Of a stretch of 64,000 nucleotides of DNA, positions 36,537-46,664 are shown piece by piece; position 1 is the first letter of the stretch; each line of letters begins with the position of its first letter. A model generated the notes under the pieces. It searched no databases, was not told the origin of the DNA, and worked only from the letters and a program-made list of their open reading frames with translations. Origin of the DNA: Candidatus Kaiserbacteria bacterium (GTDB lineage Bacteria; Patescibacteriota; Minisyncoccia; Phycocordibacterales; UBA2100); assembly GCA_028286585.1 (NCBI GenBank), contig JAQBRI010000008.1, positions 84,476-148,475 of the forward strand. The letters are read 5' to 3'. The position numbers were made by a program, and so were the translations under genes.

Positions 36537-37037
36537 ATGACACCGGATACTCAGAATCGTCAACTCCATGAACTCTTCGAAATATCGCTTATTTTAAAGG
36601 GTGCTTTTGCGTTTCTTGAAACCGTATCCGGTATTTTCATATATATGATTAGCGGTGCATTTTTATCGAGGATGATCATTGCACTTACTCAGGATGACCT
36701 TTCACAGGACTCAAATGATTTTATCGCGCAGCATTTGGTCCAGTTTGGGCATAGTATATCGATAGGTTCAAAACACTTTGTCGGCATCTACCTGATGACG
36801 CACGGTATCATTAAATTGCTTATTATTATTGGATTGATGCGCAAGTATCTATGGTGTTATCCGCTTGCATTGGTCACATTTGGACTGTTTATCGTATACC
36901 AACTGTACCGGTATACATTTACGCATTCCATTTGGCTTCTTGTACTCACAGTCTTTGATCTCATCATCATGTACCTCATTTGGAGGGAATACTCTCAGCT
37001 CCGAAAGCTGGCATTATCTGTTACAATAGCAGAGTGA
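36537..37037 (+). CDS. DUF2127-like membrane protein
   Basis: Four TM helices; 166 aa; 'LHELFEISLILKG'. Confidence 0.45.
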   Translation: MTPDTQNRQLHELFEISLILKGAFAFLETVSGIFIYMISGAFLSRMIIALTQDDLSQDSNDFIAQHLVQFGHSISIGSKHFVGIYLMTHGIIKLLIIIGLMRKYLWCYPLALVTFGLFIVYQLYRYTFTHSIWLLVLTVFDLIIMYLIWREYSQLRKLALSVTIAE

Positions 37038-38305
37038 ATCCCGACACATTGCAAACATTAGTGCGAGAGACCGGAGTTTTGGCACAGGCTCGTGATTTTC
37101 CAATATTTGTCGGCGTTTTTTTCTTTTTTCTCGGGTTCATTTGGTTTGCAACGGCTCGCACTCGTGCCCGCAGACATTTGGATTATCTTCTAAGGACGTT
37201 TAATACTGTTACCGAAAAACTAAACGAAGCCGAAAAGATAGGACATTTTGGTAGCTTCAACTGGGACTTCGAAAAGAATTTTAAATACTGGTCTCAGGAA
37301 GTGTACAACTTGTTTGGTATTTATGGAGGTCAAAAAGTACCCGAAATTGGCTGGATTACATCAACCGTGCCCGAAAAAGAGCGCTCCTTGGCAGAAGAAA
37401 AATGGAATTATATTCAAAAAACTGTGGGACCGTTTGATATTACGATGCATATTATTCGACCAAGCGGAGAAGAAGCATACTTGCAGTTCATTGGAAAAAC
37501 CAAGATGACCACTGCTCATATGCTAGGAACAGTCGAAGGAATTGTACATGATGTGACTCATGAGGTGTCCGTCGATCGTGCAAAGACCGAATTTGTGTCA
37601 CTGGCGTCGCATCAACTTAAAGCACCGCTCACCTCTATTGCGTGGCTTGCCGAAGCACTGCTTACAAAAAAGCAGGGTGCTTTGACGCCCGATCAAGAAA
37701 AGTATATCGATACAATGCGGCAAACAAGTCACCAAATGATGGAAATGGTTAACGACCTTCTCAATGTTTCTCGAATCGAACTTGGTGTTCTCGCAATTCG
37801 TCCTGAAGATATAGACATTAGTGCGATGGTATTGAGCGTGAGTGCCGAGCAGCGCAAGATTGTAGAGGATAAACATATAACACTAACTATTGATTGTAGT
37901 CCAGAGATTCCGCATATGGTGGCAGATAAAAGCTTTTTGCGTATGATATTTCAAAACCTTCTTTCTAATGCAGTTAAATATACTCCGCCAAATGGAATCG
38001 TCAGATTTGAGGTCTCACTTGCGCCAACGCAAAAACAAACCATCATGCTGCACGTATCCGATACCGGCATCGGTATCCCTCATAAGGAGCAGATAAATGT
38101 TTTCAAAAAACTGTATCGTGCGACTAATGCTCAGAACACCGTTGCAGATGGAACCGGTTTGGGGCTGTATGTTATCAAATCAATTCTTGAGCGGGTTGGC
38201 GGAAAAATAACCTTTGAATCAATAGAAGGTAAAGGAACAACCTTCAATGTTACGATGCCTGTTGTGTGGCAATCTACAATTCCAACGTCCTTAGCGGAAA
38301 AGTAA
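36980..38305 (+). CDS. Sensor histidine kinase (TM + PAS-like + HisKA + HATPase_c). The start may be the in-frame TTG at 37079.
   Basis: H-box 'LASHQLKAPL', N-box 'LLSNAVKYT' and G-boxes 'DTGIGI'/'GTGLGL'. The first ATG overlaps the upstream gene by 58 nt. Confidence 0.75.
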   Translation: MEGILSAPKAGIICYNSRVNPDTLQTLVRETGVLAQARDFPIFVGVFFFFLGFIWFATARTRARRHLDYLLRTFNTVTEKLNEAEKIGHFGSFNWDFEKNFKYWSQEVYNLFGIYGGQKVPEIGWITSTVPEKERSLAEEKWNYIQKTVGPFDITMHIIRPSGEEAYLQFIGKTKMTTAHMLGTVEGIVHDVTHEVSVDRAKTEFVSLASHQLKAPLTSIAWLAEALLTKKQGALTPDQEKYIDTMRQTSHQMMEMVNDLLNVSRIELGVLAIRPEDIDISAMVLSVSAEQRKIVEDKHITLTIDCSPEIPHMVADKSFLRMIFQNLLSNAVKYTPPNGIVRFEVSLAPTQKQTIMLHVSDTGIGIPHKEQINVFKKLYRATNAQNTVADGTGLGLYVIKSILERVGGKITFESIEGKGTTFNVTMPVVWQSTIPTSLAEK

Positions 38306-38343
38306 ATTGTTATGTGTTTCAAACTGCAGTATACTAAGGACAT

Positions 38344-38739
38344 ATGACACACGATACTAAAAAAACGATACTCGTCGTTGAGGATGATCACTCGATGCAA
38401 ATGGCAGTCGTTGATATGCTTGCCAGTGAGGGATATACGGTACTCAAGGCAGGTGACGGAGAAGAAGGCCTTGGAATTGCACTTAACACGCACCCGGATT
38501 TGATATTTGCTGACGTACAGATGCCAAAAATGAGCGGCATAGACATGATTAAAGAACTTCATAAGGATGAATGGGGGAAAACTGCACAAGTTGTTATACT
38601 TTCGAATGTCTCGGATATTCACACGATTCAGGATGCAATGGTAGAAGGTTCGTTTTTTTACATGATTAAAGGTGATTCATCGATGCAGGATATTCTTGCA
38701 ATGGCGCAGACAAGACTACAGGAGCACAAAGAGGAATAG
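38344..38739 (+). CDS. Single-domain response regulator (CheY-like receiver)
   Basis: 'ILVVEDD...DLIFADVQMP' has the acidic pocket and a phospho-acceptor Asp. Confidence 0.8.
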   Translation: MTHDTKKTILVVEDDHSMQMAVVDMLASEGYTVLKAGDGEEGLGIALNTHPDLIFADVQMPKMSGIDMIKELHKDEWGKTAQVVILSNVSDIHTIQDAMVEGSFFYMIKGDSSMQDILAMAQTRLQEHKEE

Positions 38740-38792
38740 TTTCTAAAAGGATATTGTATATATCCACGCAAGATTGATCTAAGAATGTACGT

Positions 38793-39860
38793 ATGAATTT
38801 TAAACAAATACAGCATTTTTTATTTCCTTCAAGCGCTAATCAACGGCATCCAAAGTTGTTTCGATACGAGGCACTCGCGGTACTTTTACTTGTTGTATCT
38901 GTTTGTGAATTGGGCGCCATGGTAAGCACGACCCAAATGGGTCATGGTATTTTTGCTTCGGTCTTGCCGGCTACCCTTACTGATTTGACCAATAGTGAAC
39001 GCGTCCAAAACAGCGAGCCGACTCTTGTACTTAATGATGTGCTTACTCGCGCAGCGCAGGCGAAAGCCGATGATATGGCTCTGCACCAATATTTTGCACA
39101 TAATTCTCCTGATGGCCGCGAACCGTGGTGGTGGTTCGGGCAGGCGGGCTACGCCTATTCCTATGCAGGTGAAAACTTAGCAATTGATTTTAGTGATAGT
39201 CGTGAGGTTGTGGATGCATGGATGAATTCTCCAAAGCACCGCGAAAATATTTTGAAAGGGCAATATACGCAAATTGGAATAGGTATAGCGCAAGGCATGT
39301 ATGAAGGTCATTCCACGGTATATGTTGTTCAGTTTTTTGGAACTCCGGCACCAGTCGCAGCAGCACCAGCAAAAGCATCATTAACCGTCGCTACTTCATC
39401 ACTTCGTGCCGCAGTTAAACAATCTGCCGCTGCATCATCTACCATCGTTACTCATTCTGTTTCTGCGGCAAAAATTCCCGTAACTATTGCTACGACTGTA
39501 AAGACTCTTCAAATACCGGCTGTTCAAACAGCATCCACTACTGCTTCTGGCCAGGTTCTCGGAGCTGAGTCTTATGGCGTGAAAGGTTGGGCGTATGATA
39601 CTTTTTTGAACGAAATTATGGTTTCTCCTTTAACCTTTGTTAACAATATTTTCTATGTTATGACTGCACTTTTGTTGCTGTTGCTACTTGTAGGATTGTT
39701 ACCAATTCATGCGGAATGGATACATCGCTATGCGTTTGCAAACGGCATAAGTGCAATTGCAGTACTTGTATTTTGTATATTCATTAACACAAGTTACGCC
39801 TTATCTGTCCGTGTAGATGGAGTATCCTCCGAGCGCATAGCAATAGACACCACCTTGTAA
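38793..39860 (+). CDS. CAP/SCP (PR-1-like) domain protein with TM anchors
   Basis: 'HQYFAHNSPDG...AGENLA...WMNSPKHRENIL' are CAP-domain signatures. Confidence 0.65.
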   Translation: MNFKQIQHFLFPSSANQRHPKLFRYEALAVLLLVVSVCELGAMVSTTQMGHGIFASVLPATLTDLTNSERVQNSEPTLVLNDVLTRAAQAKADDMALHQYFAHNSPDGREPWWWFGQAGYAYSYAGENLAIDFSDSREVVDAWMNSPKHRENILKGQYTQIGIGIAQGMYEGHSTVYVVQFFGTPAPVAAAPAKASLTVATSSLRAAVKQSAAASSTIVTHSVSAAKIPVTIATTVKTLQIPAVQTASTTASGQVLGAESYGVKGWAYDTFLNEIMVSPLTFVNNIFYVMTALLLLLLLVGLLPIHAEWIHRYAFANGISAIAVLVFCIFINTSYALSVRVDGVSSERIAIDTTL

Positions 39861-39870
39861 TGATTGGGTG

Positions 39871-41679
39871 TTAGCCGAAAGTAAAGGTAAATGCCTGTAA
39901 TCCAGCTTGAGGAATTATGAGTTTAAGCGTATGACTACTCGCCGAACTCGCATCGATTAACTTATACAGTCTGTTCGTTTGAACGGTGACGTAGGATTTT
40001 CCATTCTTATAGATAATATCAGCGCCTTTCATGTTTGAAGGCATTGGAGATCCATCGAGCTGCACTTCCACAGTTATCGGATTATTAGCTCCAGCAACCA
40101 AATAGACGCCTTTTGCAGTGTATTTGTACGCAACCGAACTGTTTGCAATCGACTCAGCATATTCGTCCAAAATATTCCATGTGCCGCCGAGATAGAGCGT
40201 GTTATCGGCAATTGAATCTTGAATCGTAAATGTGTTTTTACCGCTTGTTCCAGGAATGCCATTTCCAAAAAACTCATTACGGCTTGCTCCAAAATATGTT
40301 TCGGGACTACCGGCCTCGATGGATACCGGAGGGGGAGTAGCAACTGTGCCAGATGGTATCGGTGCGGTTTGTCCCAATATTTGTGCACGTTCAGCAAGCG
40401 CTTTTTGGATGGCTTTTTCGGTTACATCGTAATTACCTTCGCCTGCGTGGTCGTACACAATAAAACCATCGCTATCAATAAGATACTTACGCGGCCAAAA
40501 CTGATTACCAAACGCATTCCAAGTTCCGTATTCATTATCCAGAACGACCGGCCACAAAATGCCAAAACTCTTTACGGCTTGTTCGACATTTGACTGCACT
40601 TTCTCAAATGCGAACTCGGGTGTATGGATTCCAATTATTTCAAGTCCCTGATCATGATATTTCGCATACCATTCCTTGAGGTAGGGAATTGTCCGTTGGC
40701 AGTTGATACAGCTGTAGGTCCAGATATCTACGAGAACGACTTTCTTGCCCTTGAATTCATTAATAGTTATGGGCTGCCCGTTGGTGTTGATATACCCGCT
40801 CGGGTTTGTGATTTCGGGTGCACGATTGTAATGCAAAGATTTTGCTGCAATGCGCGCTGCAGTTGAAAGCATATTTGTGGGTGAGGACGTTGCAGTTGAT
40901 GTGTCAGTCAAATAATCAGTCTGAACGGTGCCAGAAGCTGTTGTGGGCTGCGAAGGTATAAATCGAGGCAAAAGTGTTTGTTCTAACTGTGTCACATCAT
41001 AAATGTGTGAGGCGACTGCAAGTTCAACTGTTTTGTCGTATCCAAAAAATATTGCTATACCAACTGCAAGGAATACAACTCCGATCGCCCGTTTAAACCA
41101 GCCCCTGGGGTCAGACGCAACACCAAGGGATCCCATTATCCTTTGACCAATGATTGTAACGAGCAATAGCATGCCACAGAGTCCGACCGCGTATGCAAGT
41201 AAGTAAATAAATCCTTCAGCAAGGCTTCGTGGAAGAACAGTCGCCAAGATCAAGAAATATGTTGGACTGCAGGATGAAAAAACAGGACCAAGCGCCGCTC
41301 CAACCAAAATATCGCCTACGACATTTTGTTTATTATATCCAGTTGCAAGTATTCGATTTGAATCCTTATTGATGGTATTGAGGAAGGGTATGCTGTCCCA
41401 GAGTTTTGGAAATATCATCGTAACTCCAAGAACAATGATAATAATTCCCGAAACCTCTTCCCAAAAAGTCTGAGGAACGTTTACGAGTGTCGTACTTACT
41501 TTTAGCAAAATGGTAAAAGCAATAACAGAAATACCTAATGAAATGGTTACAACGAGGGCCCGCTTGAGGCTCGTCTCGCCCGAAAGGGAACCACCGACAA
41601 TGACAGGCAAAAGTGAAATCGTACAGGGGGCGAGCACCGTTAATATGCCTGCTAATAGAGAGAGCAAAAATAATATCAT
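39871..41679 (-). CDS. DsbD/CcdA-like thiol-disulfide transporter fused to a TlpA-like thioredoxin domain and an extra C-terminal domain
   Basis: N-terminal CcdA-type TM domain ('LAPCTISLLP'), then a thioredoxin fold with 'YSCINC' (CxxC). About 250 aa of beta-rich sequence follow. Confidence 0.65.
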   Translation of the reverse strand: MILFLLSLLAGILTVLAPCTISLLPVIVGGSLSGETSLKRALVVTISLGISVIAFTILLKVSTTLVNVPQTFWEEVSGIIIIVLGVTMIFPKLWDSIPFLNTINKDSNRILATGYNKQNVVGDILVGAALGPVFSSCSPTYFLILATVLPRSLAEGFIYLLAYAVGLCGMLLLVTIIGQRIMGSLGVASDPRGWFKRAIGVVFLAVGIAIFFGYDKTVELAVASHIYDVTQLEQTLLPRFIPSQPTTASGTVQTDYLTDTSTATSSPTNMLSTAARIAAKSLHYNRAPEITNPSGYINTNGQPITINEFKGKKVVLVDIWTYSCINCQRTIPYLKEWYAKYHDQGLEIIGIHTPEFAFEKVQSNVEQAVKSFGILWPVVLDNEYGTWNAFGNQFWPRKYLIDSDGFIVYDHAGEGNYDVTEKAIQKALAERAQILGQTAPIPSGTVATPPPVSIEAGSPETYFGASRNEFFGNGIPGTSGKNTFTIQDSIADNTLYLGGTWNILDEYAESIANSSVAYKYTAKGVYLVAGANNPITVEVQLDGSPMPSNMKGADIIYKNGKSYVTVQTNRLYKLIDASSASSHTLKLIIPQAGLQAFTFTFG

Positions 41680-41729
41680 ATACTAAGAAGTATAGGCCCA
41701 ACCAAATATATGTACAGTGCGAGAAGTGG

Positions 41730-42095
41730 CTATGTCCAGCTTTCTGCCCAACCAAAGTACAGCAGGATTCCACCAAGTAGGATAAAAATCACACTGAATA
41801 CCTTTATCAAAATCAAAAAGATTGAAAAATCACGATTGAATGCAATGTCATAGAAAAGAGGGTACGAAACCCAGATCGTATACAATCCCACAAGAATATA
41901 TACTATTCCAAAGAGAAACATCTTTCCGATGTAAAAACCATGTGATTGATCTCCGTCTGATTTGAACTTAGAGGTAAGGTACGCGTATCCAACTCCAAAA
42001 ATAATAAACACGCTTAAAAAGCCAATAATATAAATGAAGTTTTCTCCCGAGGAAAAATAGGTACCGATGGTTTGTATGAATGGCATATGACTCAC
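41730..42095 (-). CDS. Small membrane protein
   Basis: Three to four TM helices; 121 aa. Confidence 0.35.
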   Translation of the reverse strand: MSHMPFIQTIGTYFSSGENFIYIIGFLSVFIIFGVGYAYLTSKFKSDGDQSHGFYIGKMFLFGIVYILVGLYTIWVSYPLFYDIAFNRDFSIFLILIKVFSVIFILLGGILLYFGWAESWT

Positions 42096-42246
42096 TAACT
42101 CGTTCTCTAATGGCTAATACTCAAATGGAAGCTACAGGAATAGTATCATCTATCCTTTAAAAGAACACAATTATCCACATACTGGACAACCCCCTGTATC
42201 TGTAATACAGGGGGTTGTCTTAGGCAGGTGCTAGGTCACTCTAGAT

Positions 42247-42795
42247 TTACAATCCAAGGTTAATGCCAGATTGTACCGATGTATTGCTGCGAATCTTCGA
42301 TGACGAGGTGGATTGATTCTCTCCGGAAGATTCGTAATTCTCGGTTCCTACCGAGGTAGAACTTTCTATGAGAGAGTTTTTTCCGTTGTTTTCTGCCTGA
42401 ATCTTGGTAATGAGATTCTGATTGTTGGTAAGTATGTTCTTAAACTGAGCAGATATCTTTGCGGCTGTAGTTGCGTTTCCACTTTGCTGCAAGGCTGAAA
42501 TTTCTGCGGCTATATTTTGCGCATGCTCGTTAAGATTTGCTGTAATTTGCGCCCCAGTATCGGCTGTCAGTTTTCCGTCTGATGCAAGCTGTTCAGCTTC
42601 TGTAAGGCGCGTTTCTGCAGAAGTCATGTCCCACTGTGCACGAGATTCACTAGATAGAAAAAGTGCACCGTGCAACTTTTCTTCTACATTTACTTTGTAA
42701 CCATATAATGCATCTCCAGGAACTGTATTATGGGCTGCAATAGAAACACCTCCGAGTGATGCTGCTAGAACTAATGCTATGGCAATAAATGGCAT
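42247..42795 (-). CDS. Secreted DUF5667-like protein, paralog of the anti-sigma-like protein
   Basis: Signal peptide plus 'PGDALYGYKVNVEEKL...RLTEAEQLASDGKL', similar to the 42884-44002 protein. Confidence 0.5.
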   Translation of the reverse strand: MPFIAIALVLAASLGGVSIAAHNTVPGDALYGYKVNVEEKLHGALFLSSESRAQWDMTSAETRLTEAEQLASDGKLTADTGAQITANLNEHAQNIAAEISALQQSGNATTAAKISAQFKNILTNNQNLITKIQAENNGKNSLIESSTSVGTENYESSGENQSTSSSKIRSNTSVQSGINLGL

Positions 42796-42883
42796 ATGTT
42801 TGTTTTGTGAGGAATAAAGACATAGTGCGAAAATAAATTCCGCTCTATGCTGTTGGTAAGACGAGTTTAAAACCGTATTCTTA

Positions 42884-44002
42884 CTACTTTAACAGTGATT
42901 TTATTGCAGTTGGTGGTTGCACAGGAGAAATCGTAGTATTTAATTTCTTTTGGGTGTCTGAATTAACGTTTGATTGTGTGTCGTGATCCTCAACCTGAAT
43001 TGTGTCAGAAGCATGGATGGTGGTATTGGTTGATGTAGAACTTGTAGAAGTAACTGTAGTCGAAGCGCCCAAAGAAGTTAAGATTTGACCAATCGAATGA
43101 CTAACATCCTTAATTCCTTCTGATGATGAACTCGTACTCGCCGTGCCGGAAGAAGATATAGTAGAAGTTGATGATGAGGTTCGGACAGTTATGCCCCAGT
43201 GACGACTTCGGCTTGCAATATTGTCTGTGGTTTTTTCTGTGTTATTTTCTTGATCGGTATGACTTCGAAGCGCAATCACTGACTGCACATAATTAGAAAG
43301 TAAATTGGCGTTGTTCTTTGTCGCAGCATCCGTACTATCATCGCCAACCGTTGCGAGTACTGATGCCTTGGTAATAAGTGAAGAAAGTCCAGAGTCTCCA
43401 TTGTGCATAGGTTGACCTCGTTTCGCTTGGACAGAAAAAGCGGTAGCAATTTTTGAAGTGGTTGTTCCGGATGCTCCCGTATCGGAAGATGTTGTTCCTA
43501 CCGCAACATTCGAAGGATTGTTGCCGGATGTATTTGAATCAGACATATCAGCGGCAAATTGTGCAGCAAGTGCATGTTCGTCAAAGTTCGATTGTATTTC
43601 GGCTGTGGTTGTTGCGTCGAGTCTGCCTTCTGAAGCGAGAACTCGTGCTTCATCAAGACGTTCAGCAGCCAACTGGGTATGTACCTGTTCCTTTGCCTTT
43701 GGTCCAACGGCAAGCGCCACTTTGATGTTTTCGACAACATTAATTTTGACCTTATAGAGCGCGTCACCAGGAAGCGCCATTTCTGCCGCATATGTGGTGC
43801 CGCTGCCAACTACTGTCAAAAGGAGTACTAATGCAGCAGGTATTGCAAACTGAGGCATCGCCCACCATTGCAGCGGACTTTTTACCAAACGACCTGCCGG
43901 TGTCGCATATTTAAAAACCATTGCACGCATTGTTGCTTTTTCTTCGGTTGAAAGCGTATGTATGTTGGTTTGTGTTTTTAGTTTTTCTTCAAAATTGTTC
44001 AT
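42884..44002 (-). CDS. Putative anti-sigma factor. It has a single TM helix and an extracytoplasmic DUF5667-like domain with a Ser/Thr-rich tail.
   Basis: It overlaps the ECF sigma stop (ATGA). A ~50-aa cytoplasmic N-domain precedes the TM helix and 'PGDALYKVKINVVENI...'. Confidence 0.55.
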   Translation of the reverse strand: MNNFEEKLKTQTNIHTLSTEEKATMRAMVFKYATPAGRLVKSPLQWWAMPQFAIPAALVLLLTVVGSGTTYAAEMALPGDALYKVKINVVENIKVALAVGPKAKEQVHTQLAAERLDEARVLASEGRLDATTTAEIQSNFDEHALAAQFAADMSDSNTSGNNPSNVAVGTTSSDTGASGTTTSKIATAFSVQAKRGQPMHNGDSGLSSLITKASVLATVGDDSTDAATKNNANLLSNYVQSVIALRSHTDQENNTEKTTDNIASRSRHWGITVRTSSSTSTISSSGTASTSSSSEGIKDVSHSIGQILTSLGASTTVTSTSSTSTNTTIHASDTIQVEDHDTQSNVNSDTQKKLNTTISPVQPPTAIKSLLK

Positions 44003-44532
44003 ATGGTTTTGGTTTCTTCTTCGAGGATAGCACGTAATTTTTTGAGTCCCCGGTGTATTCGTACTGAAACTGCATTTTCTGTTTCGTTTGTGATTTTTGC
44101 TATTTCTTCTAATGTCAGACTATTAATATACCGATACATCAGTGTTTCTTTATACAATTCTGGCAATTTTTGCAAAGCCTCCAAGGTTCGAGCGCCATCA
44201 AATCTGTCCATGGCTTCTTCCATTTCGTCATGCTCGCTTTGAGGAATGTGCGACTCTATAACTGAATCTGTATCATCAGTAATCATCGCGTCCAAAGACA
44301 CGCTTTTTTTCTTCCGATACTCATCAATAATAAGTCGACGCAAAATTTGATAAAGAAAGGGCCTATATTCACGTACGGGTTCACCTTTCTGCAGATATTC
44401 CCAAGCACGTAAATATGTTTCCTGAGTAAGGTCGCGAGCCCGCTCGCGGTCGGAGATTCTTAGTGAACAATACCGAAAAAGCTCATCTACATGCTGTTCA
44501 AAAGCTATTTCAAATGTATTATTATCTCCCAT
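43999..44532 (-). CDS. ECF (group IV) sigma-70 family sigma factor
   Basis: The region 2 motif 'DLTQETYLRAW' and the region 4 HTH 'LTLEEIAKITNETENAVSVRIHRGLKKL' are both present. Confidence 0.85.
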   Translation of the reverse strand: MGDNNTFEIAFEQHVDELFRYCSLRISDRERARDLTQETYLRAWEYLQKGEPVREYRPFLYQILRRLIIDEYRKKKSVSLDAMITDDTDSVIESHIPQSEHDEMEEAMDRFDGARTLEALQKLPELYKETLMYRYINSLTLEEIAKITNETENAVSVRIHRGLKKLRAILEEETKTI

Positions 44533-44669
44533 ACTCTATGACGGTTTACCCTGTTAATTCTTTCACAGAATGCGTAAGTGGACAACAGTTGAGAAGGGGA
44601 GAGTGCATATGAAGAATATTCTGGACTAATCAATAAATATAGCATATTTTTCCTGTTATACTACGCACC

Positions 44670-44993
44670 ATGGCAGGTCTCTTTCATATACATAAACGCA
44701 AGCGGAGTGGGCTATACCCAGCACGGCAATGGAATATGAGACTACTCGACAGAGTGGTATATGTGGCAGGCATAATTGGTCCACTTTCAACAATCCCTCA
44801 AATATACAAAATTTTTGCCTTCCACAATGCAAGTGGTGTTTCTATTAGCACATGGGCGATATGCGCAGTCCTTGATATTCCCTGGATATTCTATGCCATA
44901 GCCCACAAATCCCGTCCGCTGTTTGTGTGTTATATGCTTTGGCTTATCTGTAACACGATAATAGCCGTTGGTGCCATACTGTACTCAATGTAA
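44670..44993 (+). CDS. SemiSWEET / PQ-loop family small transporter
   Basis: The 107-aa protein has three TM helices and the PQ motif 'IPQIYKIF'. Confidence 0.5.
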   Translation: MAGLFHIHKRKRSGLYPARQWNMRLLDRVVYVAGIIGPLSTIPQIYKIFAFHNASGVSISTWAICAVLDIPWIFYAIAHKSRPLFVCYMLWLICNTIIAVGAILYSM

Positions 44994-45030
44994 GTTAAAC
45001 CAAAATACTTGTCCTCAATAAGTATAAAAT

Positions 45031-46050
45031 TTATACTTTAGCTTTCTTTACCGTTTTTATTATCTGAGCTGCCACCTTGTATGGATCTGCTGCAGAATTT
45101 GGTCTACGATCTTCAAGCCAGCCCTTCCATCCGTGCTCGACAGTACTGATAGGTATTCTAATGGATGCACCCCGGTCCGAAATGCCATATGAGAATTGAT
45201 CGATAGACTGTGTTTCGTGATTACCCGTAAGTCGTAAATGGTTATCAGCGCCATATACAGCAATATGTTCTTTGACAACAGGAACAAAGGCCTCGCAAAT
45301 TGTTTCAAATGTCTTCTTTTTACCAGTTTTGCGCATAAGTCCGTTTGAAAAGTTTGCATGCATGCCTGAGCCATTCCAATCTGTGTTTCCAAGCGGTTTA
45401 CAGTGCCAATTAATCGCAACACCATATTTTTCTCCAACTCTTTCAAGCAGGTATCTTGCCATCCACGTTTGGTCCCCAGCATTTTTTGCACCTTTTGCAA
45501 AAACCTGAAATTCCCACTGGCCCGTTGCTACCTCGGCATTAATACCTTCTATATTGAGACCTGCATCTAAACACAAATCTAAATGCTCCTCGACAATATT
45601 TCTGCCATATGCATTATTTGCACCAACTGAACAATAATATTGACCTTGCGGGGCAGGGTAGCCTTGCGCTGGAAAACCGAGCGGTTTGTCTATTTTTGTG
45701 TCCCATAAAAAGTATTCTTGTTCAAAACCAAACCAAAAATCATTGTCATCATCTTGAATAGTTGCTCGACCATTACTTTCATGAGCTTTTCCATCTGCAG
45801 TTAAAACCTCACACATGACAAGATAGGAGTTCTTTCTCCCTGGATCAAGGCAGACAAATACTGGTTTCAAAATACAATCTGAAGAACCTCCCGGTGCTTG
45901 CTTGGTTGATGATCCATCAAATGACCATTTTGGGCAATTTTTTAACAAACCATCAAAATTTTCTACTATTTTTGTTTTAGAACGAAGGCTCTGGGTTGGT
46001 TTATAACCATCCAACCAAATATATTCAAGCTTTATTTTTGTATTTTTCAT
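45031..46050 (-). CDS. Glutamine synthetase type II (eukaryote-like GSII)
   Basis: GSII N-terminus 'LEYIWLDG', 'FGFEQEYF' and 'GSGMHANFS' catalytic motifs. About 340 aa from MKNTKIK. Confidence 0.75.
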   Translation of the reverse strand: MKNTKIKLEYIWLDGYKPTQSLRSKTKIVENFDGLLKNCPKWSFDGSSTKQAPGGSSDCILKPVFVCLDPGRKNSYLVMCEVLTADGKAHESNGRATIQDDDNDFWFGFEQEYFLWDTKIDKPLGFPAQGYPAPQGQYYCSVGANNAYGRNIVEEHLDLCLDAGLNIEGINAEVATGQWEFQVFAKGAKNAGDQTWMARYLLERVGEKYGVAINWHCKPLGNTDWNGSGMHANFSNGLMRKTGKKKTFETICEAFVPVVKEHIAVYGADNHLRLTGNHETQSIDQFSYGISDRGASIRIPISTVEHGWKGWLEDRRPNSAADPYKVAAQIIKTVKKAKV

Positions 46051-46303
46051 AATATATAAATTATAACCTAATTTCTGCCTCATTCGTACGCTCCTCATAG
46101 GACTTGATAGTATATTTAGTCGTACTACAATGTACGTATTACGACGAAGAAGGCTCCAAGCGGCTAATTACCTAAGGAGCCTTCTTCTTTTGTATCTTTT
46201 TCCTAGTATCCGTTAGCAGCATTGTAATAAATATTGCTCTAATACGACTCTATATGATGTAGTTAGGTAAACCGACGTATTTTATAATAAACAATACATA
46301 CAT

Positions 46304-46513
46304 ATGAAAACAATGACTTGTAATGAACTTGGCGGGGCATGTGATGAAAAGTTAACTGCTGAATCGTGGGATGAAATGGTAACAAAAATGACAAAGCATG
46401 TCATGGATAATCACCCAGATGTGGCTGAAGAAATGGAAAAAATGCACAACGAAGATCCTAAGAAATGGGGTTCCATCATGAAGCCAAAATGGGAAGCCGC
46501 TGATAGTAATTAA
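46304..46513 (+). CDS. DUF1059-family small protein
   Basis: 'MKTMTCNELGGACDEKLTA' matches the DUF1059 N-terminus. Confidence 0.55.
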   Translation: MKTMTCNELGGACDEKLTAESWDEMVTKMTKHVMDNHPDVAEEMEKMHNEDPKKWGSIMKPKWEAADSN

Positions 46514-46557
46514 ATCTCATTATCGGTGAGTTTAAATTCAAACACGAATCATAAAAA

Positions 46558-46586
46558 AGAACCATGTAAATATGGTTCTTTTTTTG
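46558..46586 (+). terminator. Rho-independent terminator (AGAACCAT-GTAAAT-ATGGTTCT followed by T7)
   Basis: Perfect 8-bp stem and a TTTTTTT run after the DUF1059 gene. Confidence 0.6.
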
Positions 46587-46590
46587 GGTG

Positions 46591-46664
46591 CGCGACCGGC
46601 CGGAATTGAACCGGTAACCTCCCGCGTGACAGGCGGGTGCTCTAACCAATTGAGCTACGGTCGC
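46591..46664 (-). tRNA. tRNA-Asp (anticodon GUC)
   Basis: Manual fold of the reverse complement: acceptor GCGACCG/CGGTCGC, anticodon stem CCCGC/GCGGG with loop CTGTCAC, T-loop TTCAATT. CCA is not encoded. Confidence 0.85.

Noticed and set aside
45019-45037. Hairpin AAGTATA-AAATT-TATACTT between the SemiSWEET gene and the GSII gene
   Set aside because: The A/T-only stem is weak and there is no clear T-run on either strand. Terminator status is too uncertain.
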